From Oligoflexia bacterium (GTDB lineage: Bacteria; Bdellovibrionota; UBA1018), in assembly GCA_963758495.1 (NCBI GenBank), contig CAVWVI010000004.1, forward strand, positions 160,001-224,000: a stretch of DNA of 64,000 bases, written 5' to 3'. Numbering within the stretch: position 1 is the stretch's first letter; each line of letters starts with the position of its first letter. The notes below the pieces were generated by a model, which was not told the DNA's origin, searched no databases, and saw only the letters and a list, made by a program, of their open reading frames with translations. A program made the translations under genes and the position numbers. Of this stretch, positions 28,730 to 38,150 are shown piece by piece.

Positions 28730-30187
28730 TTAAAGAACTGTTTCATCTCCAAAATTAGAAAGTGCTTCGAGAGATTTTCCTTCTGCAGAGACGCCAAAAA
28801 TCACAGCTACAAGTGATCCTAGAAGCATCAGAACAGCACCCATGAGATATCCGTAGAAGATGCTTTGGCGACTTCCAGATTCAATCAATGCTCCAAAAAT
28901 AGTGGGTGCTGCTACCCCTCCTACAGCCGTACCTACAGAATAGAACAAAGCAATTGCTAATCCTCTCATTTCAACAGGAAAGAGTTCGCTTACTGTAAGG
29001 TATGCTGCACTCGCCGCAGCTGATGCCACGAAGAAGACTACGCACCAAAGAACTGTCTGAGAAATTGCGGTGAGCCACCCTTGTGCAAATATATAGCCAG
29101 TGAAGGCGAGCAAGACCCCAGAAATTCCATATGTGATAGCAATCATTACCTTCCTACCGATAGTGTCAAATAGAGGTCCCAATATCAGAGGTCCCAGCCA
29201 ATTCCCTATCGCAAAAGGAATCAAAAAAAAGCCTACCTTATCGGATTTAACTCCATAAAAACGTCCGAGAATTAAGGCGTAGGTAAAAAAAATAGCATTA
29301 TACGCAAACGCCTGGGTTATCACTAGGGAAAGCCCAAGAATAGCTCGTCTTCGATATCGACCTAGTATGGATTTAATAATATACTGATAATGAACCGTTC
29401 CTCTGACCAGGAGACTTTGACTCATTTTTACGGTGGAGAGCGGCTTTCCAATTTGTTTCTCAATTTGTTCTTCAATTTGCTTCATGACGGCGTCTGCTTC
29501 TGAAATTCTTCCATGAAGAATGAGCCAACGTGGACTCTCAGGCAAATTGCGTCTTAGAAACAGAATGACTGAACCCAAGAGAGATCCTAGTCCGAAGCAA
29601 GCCCTCCATCCAATGGAGTGTGGCAAAACCGATTCATTCAATAATAGAAGTGAAAGCGCTGCCCCGAGAAGAGTCCCTAACCAGTAGCTGCCATTCAAAG
29701 AAATTCCGACTCGTCCTCGAAAACGTGCAGGCAAAAGTTCGTCAATTGCTGAACTCATGGCTGAGCCTTCTCCTCCAATCCCTGTACCCGTGAGAGCACG
29801 AAAACACGAGAAGCTGTAGAAGTTCCATGAAAATGCCGTTGCGAGAGTACCCAATAAATAGATTGTCAGGGTAACTAGAAAAAGTTTTTTTCTTCCGAAG
29901 CGGTCTGTCAATCGACCAAAAAGCAGTGAGCCAAGAATCGCCCCTAAAAGGTAAGCACTGGCAGAAGCTCCTATTTGCGTTTCACTCAGATGCAGTGTGT
30001 CCGGCTCAATCAATACACCCGAAAGAGCACTGACAATTGTCACCTCAAGACCGTCTAGAATCCAAGTAATTCCAAGAGTGGTAATGATGCGCCAATGCCA
30101 AAAAGACCATGGCAATCGATCGAGCCTTTGCGGTATATTTGTTTGAATGCATGATCCGGGTGGAAGGACTTTAAAATTTTGAGCCAT
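28730..30187 (-). CDS. MFS transporter (sugar-porter-like)
   Basis: GRLTDRFGRK, ELLPARFRG, PESPRWL and SELFPVEMRG; about 12 TM segments. Confidence 0.93.
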   Translation of the reverse strand: MAQNFKVLPPGSCIQTNIPQRLDRLPWSFWHWRIITTLGITWILDGLEVTIVSALSGVLIEPDTLHLSETQIGASASAYLLGAILGSLLFGRLTDRFGRKKLFLVTLTIYLLGTLATAFSWNFYSFSCFRALTGTGIGGEGSAMSSAIDELLPARFRGRVGISLNGSYWLGTLLGAALSLLLLNESVLPHSIGWRACFGLGSLLGSVILFLRRNLPESPRWLILHGRISEADAVMKQIEEQIEKQIGKPLSTVKMSQSLLVRGTVHYQYIIKSILGRYRRRAILGLSLVITQAFAYNAIFFTYALILGRFYGVKSDKVGFFLIPFAIGNWLGPLILGPLFDTIGRKVMIAITYGISGVLLAFTGYIFAQGWLTAISQTVLWCVVFFVASAAASAAYLTVSELFPVEMRGLAIALFYSVGTAVGGVAAPTIFGALIESGSRQSIFYGYLMGAVLMLLGSLVAVIFGVSAEGKSLEALSNFGDETVL

Positions 30188-30256
30188 GCAAGACTGGTGA
30201 TATCCGAAAAAACTTCCGTATATACATCGCGCTGCATATTCAATGAATCATTGTCG

Positions 30257-30303
30257 AATAATAAAAACCCGAACTTGCTCACGCAAGTCAGGTTTTTATT
30301 ATT
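30257..30303. terminator. Intrinsic terminator downstream of GST
   Basis: AATAATAAAAACC..ACTTGC-tcac-GCAAGT..GGTTTTTATTATT inverted repeat with A/T tails. Confidence 0.6.
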
Positions 30304-30371
30304 GACTAGGCAACCTAGACAAATTTAGAATTTTGTACTTTTGTCAAATCGCTCATAGCTTTTGAATCTCA

Positions 30372-30998
30372 CTAGCTTAATCCTTCGACCTTAAGAACCT
30401 TGGCAACCGCCGGGCGCGAAGCAACTCGTGTCACGAACCTCTGAATATTCGCATACGGGGCCAATGAAACTTCTAGCCATTGTGCCCACCCCACAACAAC
30501 ATAAGCATAGGCATCTGCCGGACTAAACACTTTTCCCATTAAATAATCTTTTCCAGCTAATTTGGAATCCATATAGCTAAGATATTCGTTAACCCTAGCA
30601 AGCATAGAGTTGCGAATCACTTCCTGCACAGATTTATCTGGCGAAAAACTTGGGATCATGAACATGCCACCTAATGCTTTGTGTAAATCGGAGGCGACAA
30701 AAGAAAGCCAATTTAAGGCCTCCGCACGTTCAACGGTTCCTACAGTGGGCAAGAGCTTTTTATCAGGGACTTTGTCTGAAATATAAGTGTGGATTGCGAT
30801 GTTTTGATCCAACTGTTTGCCTTCATCCGTAATTAAAATAGGCAACGTTCCAAGAGGATTTAGACTTGTGACCAAAGGAATATTTGGATCTGAAGCATTG
30901 TCCCAATCCACTTCAATCGCTTCATATTTGAGTCCAGACTCCTCAAGAATGATGTGGCAAGATGTCGAACACGAACCTGCTGAATAGTATAGCTTCAT
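30372..30998 (-). CDS. Glutathione S-transferase (beta class)
   Basis: MKLYYSAGSCS, NPLGTLP, WLSFVASDLHK and SPADAY. Confidence 0.92.
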   Translation of the reverse strand: MKLYYSAGSCSTSCHIILEESGLKYEAIEVDWDNASDPNIPLVTSLNPLGTLPILITDEGKQLDQNIAIHTYISDKVPDKKLLPTVGTVERAEALNWLSFVASDLHKALGGMFMIPSFSPDKSVQEVIRNSMLARVNEYLSYMDSKLAGKDYLMGKVFSPADAYAYVVVGWAQWLEVSLAPYANIQRFVTRVASRPAVAKVLKVEGLS

Positions 30999-31151
30999 AG
31001 TGTCTCCTTGTTGAATAAACTTCTGGCTCCAGAATATATTTCATTTCACTCTGATAAGGAAGACTGACTTTATACTGCTGCAAATATGAAGCTCGCTAGC
31101 TACCCTGTAGTGATCTTGCGCAGGGGCTTTAGATTTGCATAACACGCCGCC

Positions 31152-31994
31152 ATGTGGAAACATTGGGTCATTCGCGCAAGCACTCCTCGAAAGCCTTTTT
31201 TACATTTTGAGTCGTCCAGAATTGCATGGACTCGGCTGAAGGTCCTATTTCCAAACTTACTCTCTGCGGTTCTCATGCCGAATCATTTGCATATTATTTT
31301 ACCGAACTCAAAAAAAGATGAAGAAATTCGTCGTAAAATGAGGGGATTTCTGGGAGGAATGAGCAAGTCCCTTAAAATTAAGAATCTTTGGCAAATAGTC
31401 CCTCCGCCTGCGGAAATTCCAGATCAGTTTCATCTTCGTAGGCAAGTTCGTTACATTGCCCTAAATCCATGTCGTAAGAAGCTCTGCTCGGATCCGCTGG
31501 AATGGTACTGGTCAACCTACAGAGAAGTCATAGGTGCCACAGTAGAAAAACCTTCCGTCGATTTAGCTCAATCATTAGGTGATTCACAAAAGAATTTCCA
31601 AATCCGATTTCACAACTATGTGTCCGGCGATCCATCAGTAAACATTGCCGGCACGAAATATCCCCAGCCCGCAGTTCCGAAAACACTAGCTGAATGCGGC
31701 ATTGGAGAAATCCTTGCTGCGGCAGCCAGCGCTCTTCGAATTTCGCCCCATGAAATAAAGAAGGATCGGGCAGCACTCCGACAGCTCTTTATCCACCTTG
31801 CCTACCGCCATAAATGGCAACAAATTTCCTTACTTGCTCAGATCTGTGGAATGAGTCCTCGAGGTGTCCATTATATTCTTAATCAAGAAGCCCCCGAAGG
31901 CATGTCCGCTGCAGAACTCTGCCTTGGAGATTGCAGGCTTCGCCGGACAACAGCGGAGCTGCCTAATAAAGGAACCTCGCAAGTTACCTTATAG
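31152..31994 (+). CDS. REP-associated tyrosine transposase (RAYT/Y1 HUH) with C-terminal DnaA-C-like helical domain
   Basis: HUH motif LMPNHLH, catalytic YIALNP and LEWYWSTY; 10-bp stem AAGTTACCTT/AAGGTAACTT over the stop codon. Confidence 0.8.
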   Translation: MWKHWVIRASTPRKPFLHFESSRIAWTRLKVLFPNLLSAVLMPNHLHIILPNSKKDEEIRRKMRGFLGGMSKSLKIKNLWQIVPPPAEIPDQFHLRRQVRYIALNPCRKKLCSDPLEWYWSTYREVIGATVEKPSVDLAQSLGDSQKNFQIRFHNYVSGDPSVNIAGTKYPQPAVPKTLAECGIGEILAAAASALRISPHEIKKDRAALRQLFIHLAYRHKWQQISLLAQICGMSPRGVHYILNQEAPEGMSAAELCLGDCRLRRTTAELPNKGTSQVTL

Positions 31995-32070
31995 GAAGGT
32001 AACTTCTTTATTTCAGAATTTTTGAAGGCCCCGACAATAAAATCAAAGCACTCACCGCTTTCGGATAGCG

Positions 32071-32493
32071 CTACTCATCATGCCTGGGATTTCGACGCAG
32101 CAATTTCTTTTGGGATTGCTTGCCTTTGTTCTCTTTCACTCGACGTTGGCTGGATCGGGAGGGCTGAGTCCTCCATCGAATTTTTGGGACTTCCACCGCC
32201 CGAGAAAGGCAGATTTGAAGTTTTTCTAAGCAATCCTCCCGATTTTTCCCCTGATCTCGAAAACGATCGCTGGAAATGACAATTTCACCTTCAGAGGTAA
32301 TCTTCGAGGCAAGCTTACTCAAGAGACGTGCTCGCGTATTCTCAGTAAGACTGGGGCTTGTTAATATATTCCAGCGCAGAATAGCCTTGCTATTGACCTT
32401 ATTCACATTTTGACCACCAGGGCCCGAACTCCGTGCATAAGTCAACTCAATCTCAGAAAACGGGATCTTGATCTCTAATGTGATAGCCAACAT
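32071..32493 (-). CDS. arfB: Alternative ribosome-rescue peptidyl-tRNA hydrolase ArfB
   Basis: RSSGPGGQNVNKVNSK, RDQGKNR and basic C-terminal tail. Confidence 0.93.
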   Translation of the reverse strand: MLAITLEIKIPFSEIELTYARSSGPGGQNVNKVNSKAILRWNILTSPSLTENTRARLLSKLASKITSEGEIVISSDRFRDQGKNREDCLEKLQICLSRAVEVPKIRWRTQPSRSSQRRVKENKGKQSQKKLLRRNPRHDE

Positions 32494-32607
32494 AGAACGC
32501 TCTCTCCGTCTCGGCTCAGGTTTCAGAGAAATAAATGCAACAGTATCCCCAAAACGGGCATTAAAAATAATGAATTTTTCTAAGGGACCTTATGTTATTC
32601 ATTATTA

Positions 32608-32769
32608 ATGAATCCTACGTGTTTTTTCTGTCGACGGGAGCCTTCCGAACAACAATGTAGCACATGCAAACGCTGGGTGTGTATCCAGTGCTCCGATTGT
32701 CACAACTGTTACCCCAGAGAAGGCCGCCACGCCCTTCTTAAACTTTGGTATAGGCTTGCCCAGAAATAG
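32608..32769 (+). CDS. 53-aa Cys-rich microprotein with four CxxC motifs (B-box-like zinc finger)
   Basis: Manual translation MNPTCFFCRREPSEQQCSTCKRWVCIQCSDCHNCYPREGRHALLKLWYRLAQK*. Fills the gap between arfB and the ArsC-family gene; below the ORF-track length cutoff. Confidence 0.6.
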   Translation: MNPTCFFCRREPSEQQCSTCKRWVCIQCSDCHNCYPREGRHALLKLWYRLAQK

Positions 32770-32838
32770 AGACGTACAAGTTAACCACGACTAAGCAATT
32801 ATTGCACCCAACACCCTTCCCTGATAGAAGCGATAGAA

Positions 32839-33186
32839 ATGAAAGTCTATGAATATTCAAAGTGCAGTACTTGTCGAAAGGCTCTAAAATTTCTGGACAA
32901 GAGAAAAATTGCCTATAAAAAATTTCCCATAGTGGAAAATCCTCCTAGCCTGAGCGATCTTAAGAAGATGCTTTCGTACTTAGGTGGCGATATTAAAAAG
33001 CTCTTCAATACCTCTGGAGTTCTCTATCGCGAAATGGGATTGAGCCAAAAGCTAGACTCCCTCTCCGTTTCGGAAGCACTGAAACTCTTGTCAGAAAATG
33101 GGAAATTAATCAAACGCCCATTTCTGCTGACCTCAAATCAGGGTGTTGTTGGTTTCAGCGAAATGGAATGGATAAAGATTTTATAA
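32839..33186 (+). CDS. ArsC/Spx/YffB-family protein
   Basis: YSKCSTCRKA, LFNTSG and LIKRPFL. Confidence 0.9.
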   Translation: MKVYEYSKCSTCRKALKFLDKRKIAYKKFPIVENPPSLSDLKKMLSYLGGDIKKLFNTSGVLYREMGLSQKLDSLSVSEALKLLSENGKLIKRPFLLTSNQGVVGFSEMEWIKIL

Positions 33187-33268
33187 AACTGGAATACTGT
33201 AAATGAGCAGATAGTCAAAACCTAGACCTAGGCTTCAGCAATCGAGCATCATTTAAAGACTTTAAGTC

Positions 33269-33493
33269 CTAAAAGACGATTCTCCAATTCCCACCATCTG
33301 GAAGAAATGTAGATCGCAGGTCCGGTAACACTCCCTTGAGGTCAATTTCTACTGGAGAAAGATCACTGAGGTTAATTTTTTTAGCTAATTCAGGAATTGG
33401 ATTTGCGACCCTTCCAGCCCAAGCAAGGGTACAACAGAACGTCAATACTAAGCATAGAGAAGGCACAAAAATACGAGCTTTTCTAGTCATCAT
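33269..33493 (-). CDS. Small putative secreted protein or gene fragment
   Basis: 74 aa with signal-peptide-like N-terminus (..TLAWA); fills an intergenic gap. Confidence 0.35.
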   Translation of the reverse strand: MMTRKARIFVPSLCLVLTFCCTLAWAGRVANPIPELAKKINLSDLSPVEIDLKGVLPDLRSTFLPDGGNWRIVF

Positions 33494-33576
33494 TCGACGA
33501 CATCATAACACGTTGAGTCACTTAGTGAATTATTCTCAGAGCTTCTTTAACCCAATTCCTGTACGCCTTAACTAAG

Positions 33577-34659
33577 ATGAATCCTTTCAAACTAAAGCAA
33601 AATTTAAAAAGGTATCCAGGTGATCAGCAAAGTACCTTGCAAGCATGGGACAGCGCGGACGAACTCATTTTACAGCACTTGAGTCAGCTCGACTTAACAG
33701 ACAAAAGAATCTTAATTCTCAATGACTCGTTTGGAGCATTGAGCTGCGCACTAGAAGGTTATAACATCACTTCTTACACGGACTCCTATTTGAGTTTCAA
33801 AAGTATCCAACTCAATAGTGAGAAAAGGATACAGCCTTTGAATCAAATCAATGGCCTTTCCGGAATGTACGATTATGTATTGATTAGGATTCCAAAAAAC
33901 ATGTCGTTTTTTGAAGACCTCCTTTGTCATTTGAGCCACCATCTTCCTTTAAATTCGAAAATCATTTGTGGTTATAGGGTCAAGCACCAAGCTAAAGCGA
34001 GTTTTGATCTCCTGAATAAATACATAGGAGAAACAAGTACAAGCCTTGCACAAAAAAAAGCGCGCCTTATTTTTGCCAGCTTTCAACGAAGTGCTGTTCC
34101 ATCCCCCTATCCGTTGCAGGTTTCCATCGATCCCTTTGAGACCTCTTTTGTAAATCACTCAAATCTCTTCAGTCGTGAGAAATTAGATATAGGGACCCGA
34201 TTCTTTCTTAATCATATTCCCAAAGGAGATTATCCGATCATCTTGGACCTCGGTTGTGCGAATGGAGTGGTTGGAGTCGCAGCAAAAAGGCTAAATCCGT
34301 CGGCAAAACTGATCTTCAGTGATGAATCCAAAATGGCAATTCAAAGTGCCACGACAAATTATAAAAATTTCTTTTCAGACGAGGCAGAGTTCCACTGGAC
34401 CCATTGCTTCGAAAATCAACCCCCTGGAAATGTGAATCTCGTCCTTTGCAATCCGCCTTTTCATCAAGGCCATACTTTAGGAGACTCGATCGCACGACAG
34501 ATGTTCACCGATGCCCATCGCGCTTTGGTAGCCGGAGGGATCCTACAAGTGATCGGAAACTCACACCTCCCCTACTCAGCGCTGCTCAAAAGGTTATTTG
34601 GAAACAGCCAAATGGTTGCTGCTAACCACAAATTCATAATTGCTAGGGCGATTAAATAA
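33577..34659 (+). CDS. rlmG: RlmG-like 23S rRNA m2G methyltransferase
   Basis: LQAWDSADE, LNDSFGAL, FSREKLDIGTRF, DLGCANG and LCNPPFHQ. Confidence 0.85.
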   Translation: MNPFKLKQNLKRYPGDQQSTLQAWDSADELILQHLSQLDLTDKRILILNDSFGALSCALEGYNITSYTDSYLSFKSIQLNSEKRIQPLNQINGLSGMYDYVLIRIPKNMSFFEDLLCHLSHHLPLNSKIICGYRVKHQAKASFDLLNKYIGETSTSLAQKKARLIFASFQRSAVPSPYPLQVSIDPFETSFVNHSNLFSREKLDIGTRFFLNHIPKGDYPIILDLGCANGVVGVAAKRLNPSAKLIFSDESKMAIQSATTNYKNFFSDEAEFHWTHCFENQPPGNVNLVLCNPPFHQGHTLGDSIARQMFTDAHRALVAGGILQVIGNSHLPYSALLKRLFGNSQMVAANHKFIIARAIK

Positions 34660-34665
34660 TATCAA

Positions 34666-35130
34666 TTGGCACAACTCTCTCATAGGCTTCGTATTGAATA
34701 TGATGAAGGACCGGTCCAATCTTCCTTGATCCACTTAAAAGCCCATACTAATTTCAGTCCGGGCACACAATTCATCAACGACAAGGCTATCGGTCTCTTA
34801 GTAGATTCAATGATTCAGTTCTATCTCAAGCAGACCCCGATCCTCAAAAGCATACCAGCCCGTTCTTTAGCCTTCAGAGATCACCTGGGAAAATGGCGCC
34901 CCGATAGAAGACTCATGACTCACATTTCAAGGAAAAAGAATCGCTTCGTAATTAAGCATGTCGATAAGGATGGAGGAAGAGGAGTCTTGATTGGGATCAA
35001 AAGTACTCAGAAAGAACTAGCGGAACTGATGAGCATTGTTTCTTTTCAACCCGAACTCTATATTGCCCAGGAATTCGAACATCTTTCCGTTCTTGAGGAT
35101 AGAATAGTTGATTTGAGAATCCATATCCCG
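34666..35130 (+). pseudogene. Internal fragment of circularly permuted ATP-grasp protein
   Basis: PGTQFINDK..MIQFYL..PIL, FVIKHVDKDGGRGVLIG, YIAQ..LS..VDLRI. Both termini are missing, and the rest of the ORF runs antisense into the next gene. Confidence 0.6.
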
Positions 35131-35142
35131 CTCTGCCTAGAC

Positions 35143-35733
35143 TCACTCAGAACAAATTTGAACTTCATCGCAATCGCCTTTACGATAGGAATAGCAACCC
35201 GATTTGGTCTTGAACTTTTTCCACATCCAAAGGTAAGCGAATCTGGAAATACCGTTGACCTTCTCAGTTATTTCGCCATCATTTTCCCCATCAATACATA
35301 CAAACTTCTGAGACTTGGTTAATTTTTTCCATTCTCTCAAAAAAGAGCGACAGTATTCCACTGGATGCGCACGCGGAGCAGAAAAAATGTGAAGGTCACC
35401 GTCTCGTTCAGCCCAAACTTCAAGATCGCACATTGTGATTATCGGATCAGTGGAAGGCCCTTGCCCTTGATGGCCCTTCCATGTGTGATATTTGTTCTTT
35501 ACATTTTTCACTGGAAAACATTGCCAAAATAAAGAACCCGGCTGAAACTTCTTAGGAATGTAGGGTTCTGGCCTTCTTCGACATGTGTCATTGGCGAGAT
35601 CATTCTCAGTCAATATCCCATAGTGTGGAGTAATGAGTCCATGAGGATACTTTTTCGAGTAGGGTGGAGTTTCAGGCAGTGGAAGAGCGAACGCTAGCTC
35701 GAAGGAAAGAAGAAGAACTAATGAAAACAACAT
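35143..35733 (-). CDS. Secreted Cys-containing hypothetical protein
   Basis: Signal peptide (ELAFA), several Cys; starts 4 bp after the SLT-like gene stop. Confidence 0.75.
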   Translation of the reverse strand: MLFSLVLLLSFELAFALPLPETPPYSKKYPHGLITPHYGILTENDLANDTCRRRPEPYIPKKFQPGSLFWQCFPVKNVKNKYHTWKGHQGQGPSTDPIITMCDLEVWAERDGDLHIFSAPRAHPVEYCRSFLREWKKLTKSQKFVCIDGENDGEITEKVNGISRFAYLWMWKKFKTKSGCYSYRKGDCDEVQICSE

Positions 35734-35737
35734 CGAA

Positions 35738-36619
35738 TTATTCCTTCAACTCTTTTAGACGTTTGGTAAAATTTTCCATTCCTTTTGGATTTAGATCTTT
35801 TCCAGAAAGCATATCATCAAGATATCCCTTGTAATTGGCAATCGTTTCTTCCCAGGTCGCCGACCTTTCAAGATCATTTGAAGTTAGTTTTCTTTTTTGA
35901 AACAACCATCGAATACCGGCACAGACAATGATGTTAGGATCTAAAGTATCCTTTTTGTCGATCATTACTAGATGATCTGTCAGCTCTCCTTTTGGATTGG
36001 CAAGAGCCTTGATCGCTTGGTCCGTCAATTGAAAAAGACCGTGAGTCATTCCCGCTTTTCCAGCAGGCATTTCCTTAGGGTTTACTTTGAAGGCTGATTC
36101 TGATGCGATGAGCGCTTTCACTATATCTGGGTCCAGTAAAATATCTGGCTTGAAGACTTCATTCCAATACCGGGTCCATCCACGAATAAAATTATCGTAT
36201 TTATCGGCGTCCGCGTAATCTTTTATCTTCCCAGCAGCTGGAGACCCACTAAGACCTGCAAAATGATCTGATGCGATCTGACGAATTTCATCAGGATGAA
36301 TGACGTCTTTATACACTCGCTTTTTGGTTCGATTCGGATTCTTGCAGCATCCGACAACACGGGTGGTGATTCCAGTGGGATTTTTTTCGCTGGGAGGTAC
36401 ATGCATGGGATGTGTACGCCTCCAATGTTGTCCAATTGGGCACGTTCTCCAGGGGTGAACTTTCTCCTCCACTGGTTCAGAAGGCGAGGGTTTCGGCTTC
36501 GATACCGAGGGCTTTTTCTTATCCTCTTTCTTTCCTTCCTTCTTGATACGCTTTACGACTTCCCTTATTCCACGGGTCAAAGCTAATTTGGCCAATCGTT
36601 CAAAAATATTATTCGCCAT
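35738..36619 (-). CDS. Lytic-transglycosylase (SLT)-like protein with N-terminal Cys/His motif and no signal peptide
   Basis: DPDIVKALIASESAF, GLFQLT, DPNIIVCAGIRWL and IANYKG; N-terminal CPIGQHWRRTH..CC. Confidence 0.7.
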   Translation of the reverse strand: MANNIFERLAKLALTRGIREVVKRIKKEGKKEDKKKPSVSKPKPSPSEPVEEKVHPWRTCPIGQHWRRTHPMHVPPSEKNPTGITTRVVGCCKNPNRTKKRVYKDVIHPDEIRQIASDHFAGLSGSPAAGKIKDYADADKYDNFIRGWTRYWNEVFKPDILLDPDIVKALIASESAFKVNPKEMPAGKAGMTHGLFQLTDQAIKALANPKGELTDHLVMIDKKDTLDPNIIVCAGIRWLFQKRKLTSNDLERSATWEETIANYKGYLDDMLSGKDLNPKGMENFTKRLKELKE

Positions 36620-36625
36620 CGCCGA

Positions 36626-37099
36626 TTATCCTTTAGACGCTTTACTAAGGACTGCTTTAGGAACCAAGTCCGGATATTTACGTGCCAAGTATTCAATCAC
36701 ATCATGCTTTAGACTTTGACTGTAATTGATGAGTTCAATTGTGTCGTCTTCAGTAGCACCATCAACGTGATCGTATTCCACTGTATTTCGCTGGGTTCGG
36801 CACGTATTCAGATAATCTGCATCTGATTTACGTTTTTCTCCTAGTATTTCCGAAAGCGCCTGCAACGTCCTAAAGTGAGCATTGACGTTCTCAGGTCGAT
36901 AGCCTTCAGCATAAAGCAAAACTGTACAAAGCTTGAGCGCTGCATTGTAGGCAATGCCAAACTTCCAATCTGGAGAAAGCCCAGGGGTTTGAGCCGCTTT
37001 CAGATCTCTTTCCACAATTTCAAAAAGATCAGAAATCTCTGCGGGACTTGTCCTATGCTTCTTCAGCCAGCCGTAACTTTCCCAGTCTTTCAAGCTCAT
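36626..37099 (-). CDS. HEPN-like protein, partner of upstream MNT (ORF open to 37111)
   Basis: IAYNAAL, GYRP..H and RTQRNTVEYD; overlaps the MNT gene. Confidence 0.7.
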   Translation of the reverse strand: MSLKDWESYGWLKKHRTSPAEISDLFEIVERDLKAAQTPGLSPDWKFGIAYNAALKLCTVLLYAEGYRPENVNAHFRTLQALSEILGEKRKSDADYLNTCRTQRNTVEYDHVDGATEDDTIELINYSQSLKHDVIEYLARKYPDLVPKAVLSKASKG

Positions 37100-37664
37100 T
37101 CTCACTCCCAATAATGAATTGCTTTTTTGTCTCTAATACCCGAGTTAAGAAATGGTCTTGGGACTGAATACGCTTTATATATTCTTTTTGTGAATAGACA
37201 TGCGGATTAATCTCTCTGCCAAGTTTGTCGGAAACACCGCTCAAAAGAGAAGTTACTTTCCTCAGTCCCAAATCTCCGATAATGATCAAATCAACGTCAC
37301 TGGTAGCCTTTGCTTCTCCCCGAGCTATGGAGCCAAATATGAATGCTACCTGTATTCGGTCACTCCTGAGAGCTTCCTTCAAAACAGGTACGGGCCCCAC
37401 TAGCCTGAGAACAATATTTTTCAAATCTATATAAATGGGATGTGCGGAATTTGCCATATAATAGACACGATTCCCGTCACGGGCTTCCTGAACAAGGTCT
37501 TGAGATTTGAGATTTTTGATCTCTTTTTGTACTGCGTGGGCAGTCACGCCCGCTTGTCTCGCAATGTCTCTTAAATGAAGCCTAGCGGGTGGTTCCGAGA
37601 ACAAAAGCCTGAATATTTCGGCCCTTACTTTAGAGGTAAATAATAACTCAAGAGCTTTCTTCAT
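37053..37664 (-). CDS. wHTH-nucleotidyltransferase (MNT) fusion
   Basis: N-terminal HTH (HLRDIARQAG..VQKEIKNL) plus FIFGSIARG..TSDVDLIIIG and REINP. Confidence 0.88.
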   Translation of the reverse strand: MKKALELLFTSKVRAEIFRLLFSEPPARLHLRDIARQAGVTAHAVQKEIKNLKSQDLVQEARDGNRVYYMANSAHPIYIDLKNIVLRLVGPVPVLKEALRSDRIQVAFIFGSIARGEAKATSDVDLIIIGDLGLRKVTSLLSGVSDKLGREINPHVYSQKEYIKRIQSQDHFLTRVLETKKQFIIGSENELERLGKLRLAEEA

Positions 37665-37915
37665 ATTTTTGTTTGGAACCTCTATGTCTACTTATAGTAT
37701 ACATTCGTATACCTGAAGTATACATTTAAATTGGGCCCTGAGGAAAATTCGGACGAAAAAAACCCGAGAGGGACTCGACTTCCGGTCGTTTCGCTTCGCA
37801 AAACGCCTACAGTCTGAGCTCCTTCGCGGCCCAGCATAGCTGGGCACCCCGCTCAATCCGCTTTTCTCGTCCTAGTCAGATGTACAAAACGCTTCGCGTT
37901 TTTTATATTTTTATA

Positions 37916-37965
37916 CCAGCCAAATAAAAAAGGCCGGTAAGCTTACGCTTCCGGCCTTTTATTAT
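37916..37965. terminator. Hairpin/terminator 3' of tRNA-Gln
   Basis: AAAAAAGGCCGG..AAGC-ttac-GCTT-CCGGCCTTTT. The stem extends to pair with the tRNA 3' end. Confidence 0.7.
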
Positions 37966-38039
37966 TGGCTGGGGGACTAGGACTCGAACCTAGATAGCCA
38001 GAGTCAGAGTCTGGAGTCCTACCATTAGACGATCCCCCA
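37966..38039 (-). tRNA. tRNA-Gln (anticodon CTG)
   Basis: Reverse complement TGGGGGATCGTCTAATGGTAGGACTCCAGACTCTGACTCTGGCTATCTAGGTTCGAGTCCTAGTCCCCCAGCCA folds as a cloverleaf with GTTCGA T-loop and encoded CCA. Confidence 0.97.
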
Positions 38040-38150
38040 ATATTTTAGGTCAAATTACAATCTAACAAAATGAGACTCAAATGAGACCAACGGCTTCGGT
38101 ATAACTTATCCAGGATTCTAATGTCCATCGAAAATAAAATGGACGCAATG

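Noticed and set aside
31120..31140. Sigma-54 promoter-like GG-N10-GC upstream of RAYT (and GGCACG near 23221)
   Set aside because: Poor match to the consensus and very close to the start codons; not supportable by eye.
35131..35322. C-terminal part of ORF 34666..35322 as real protein
   Set aside because: Runs antisense through gene 35143..35733 after ATP-grasp similarity ends.
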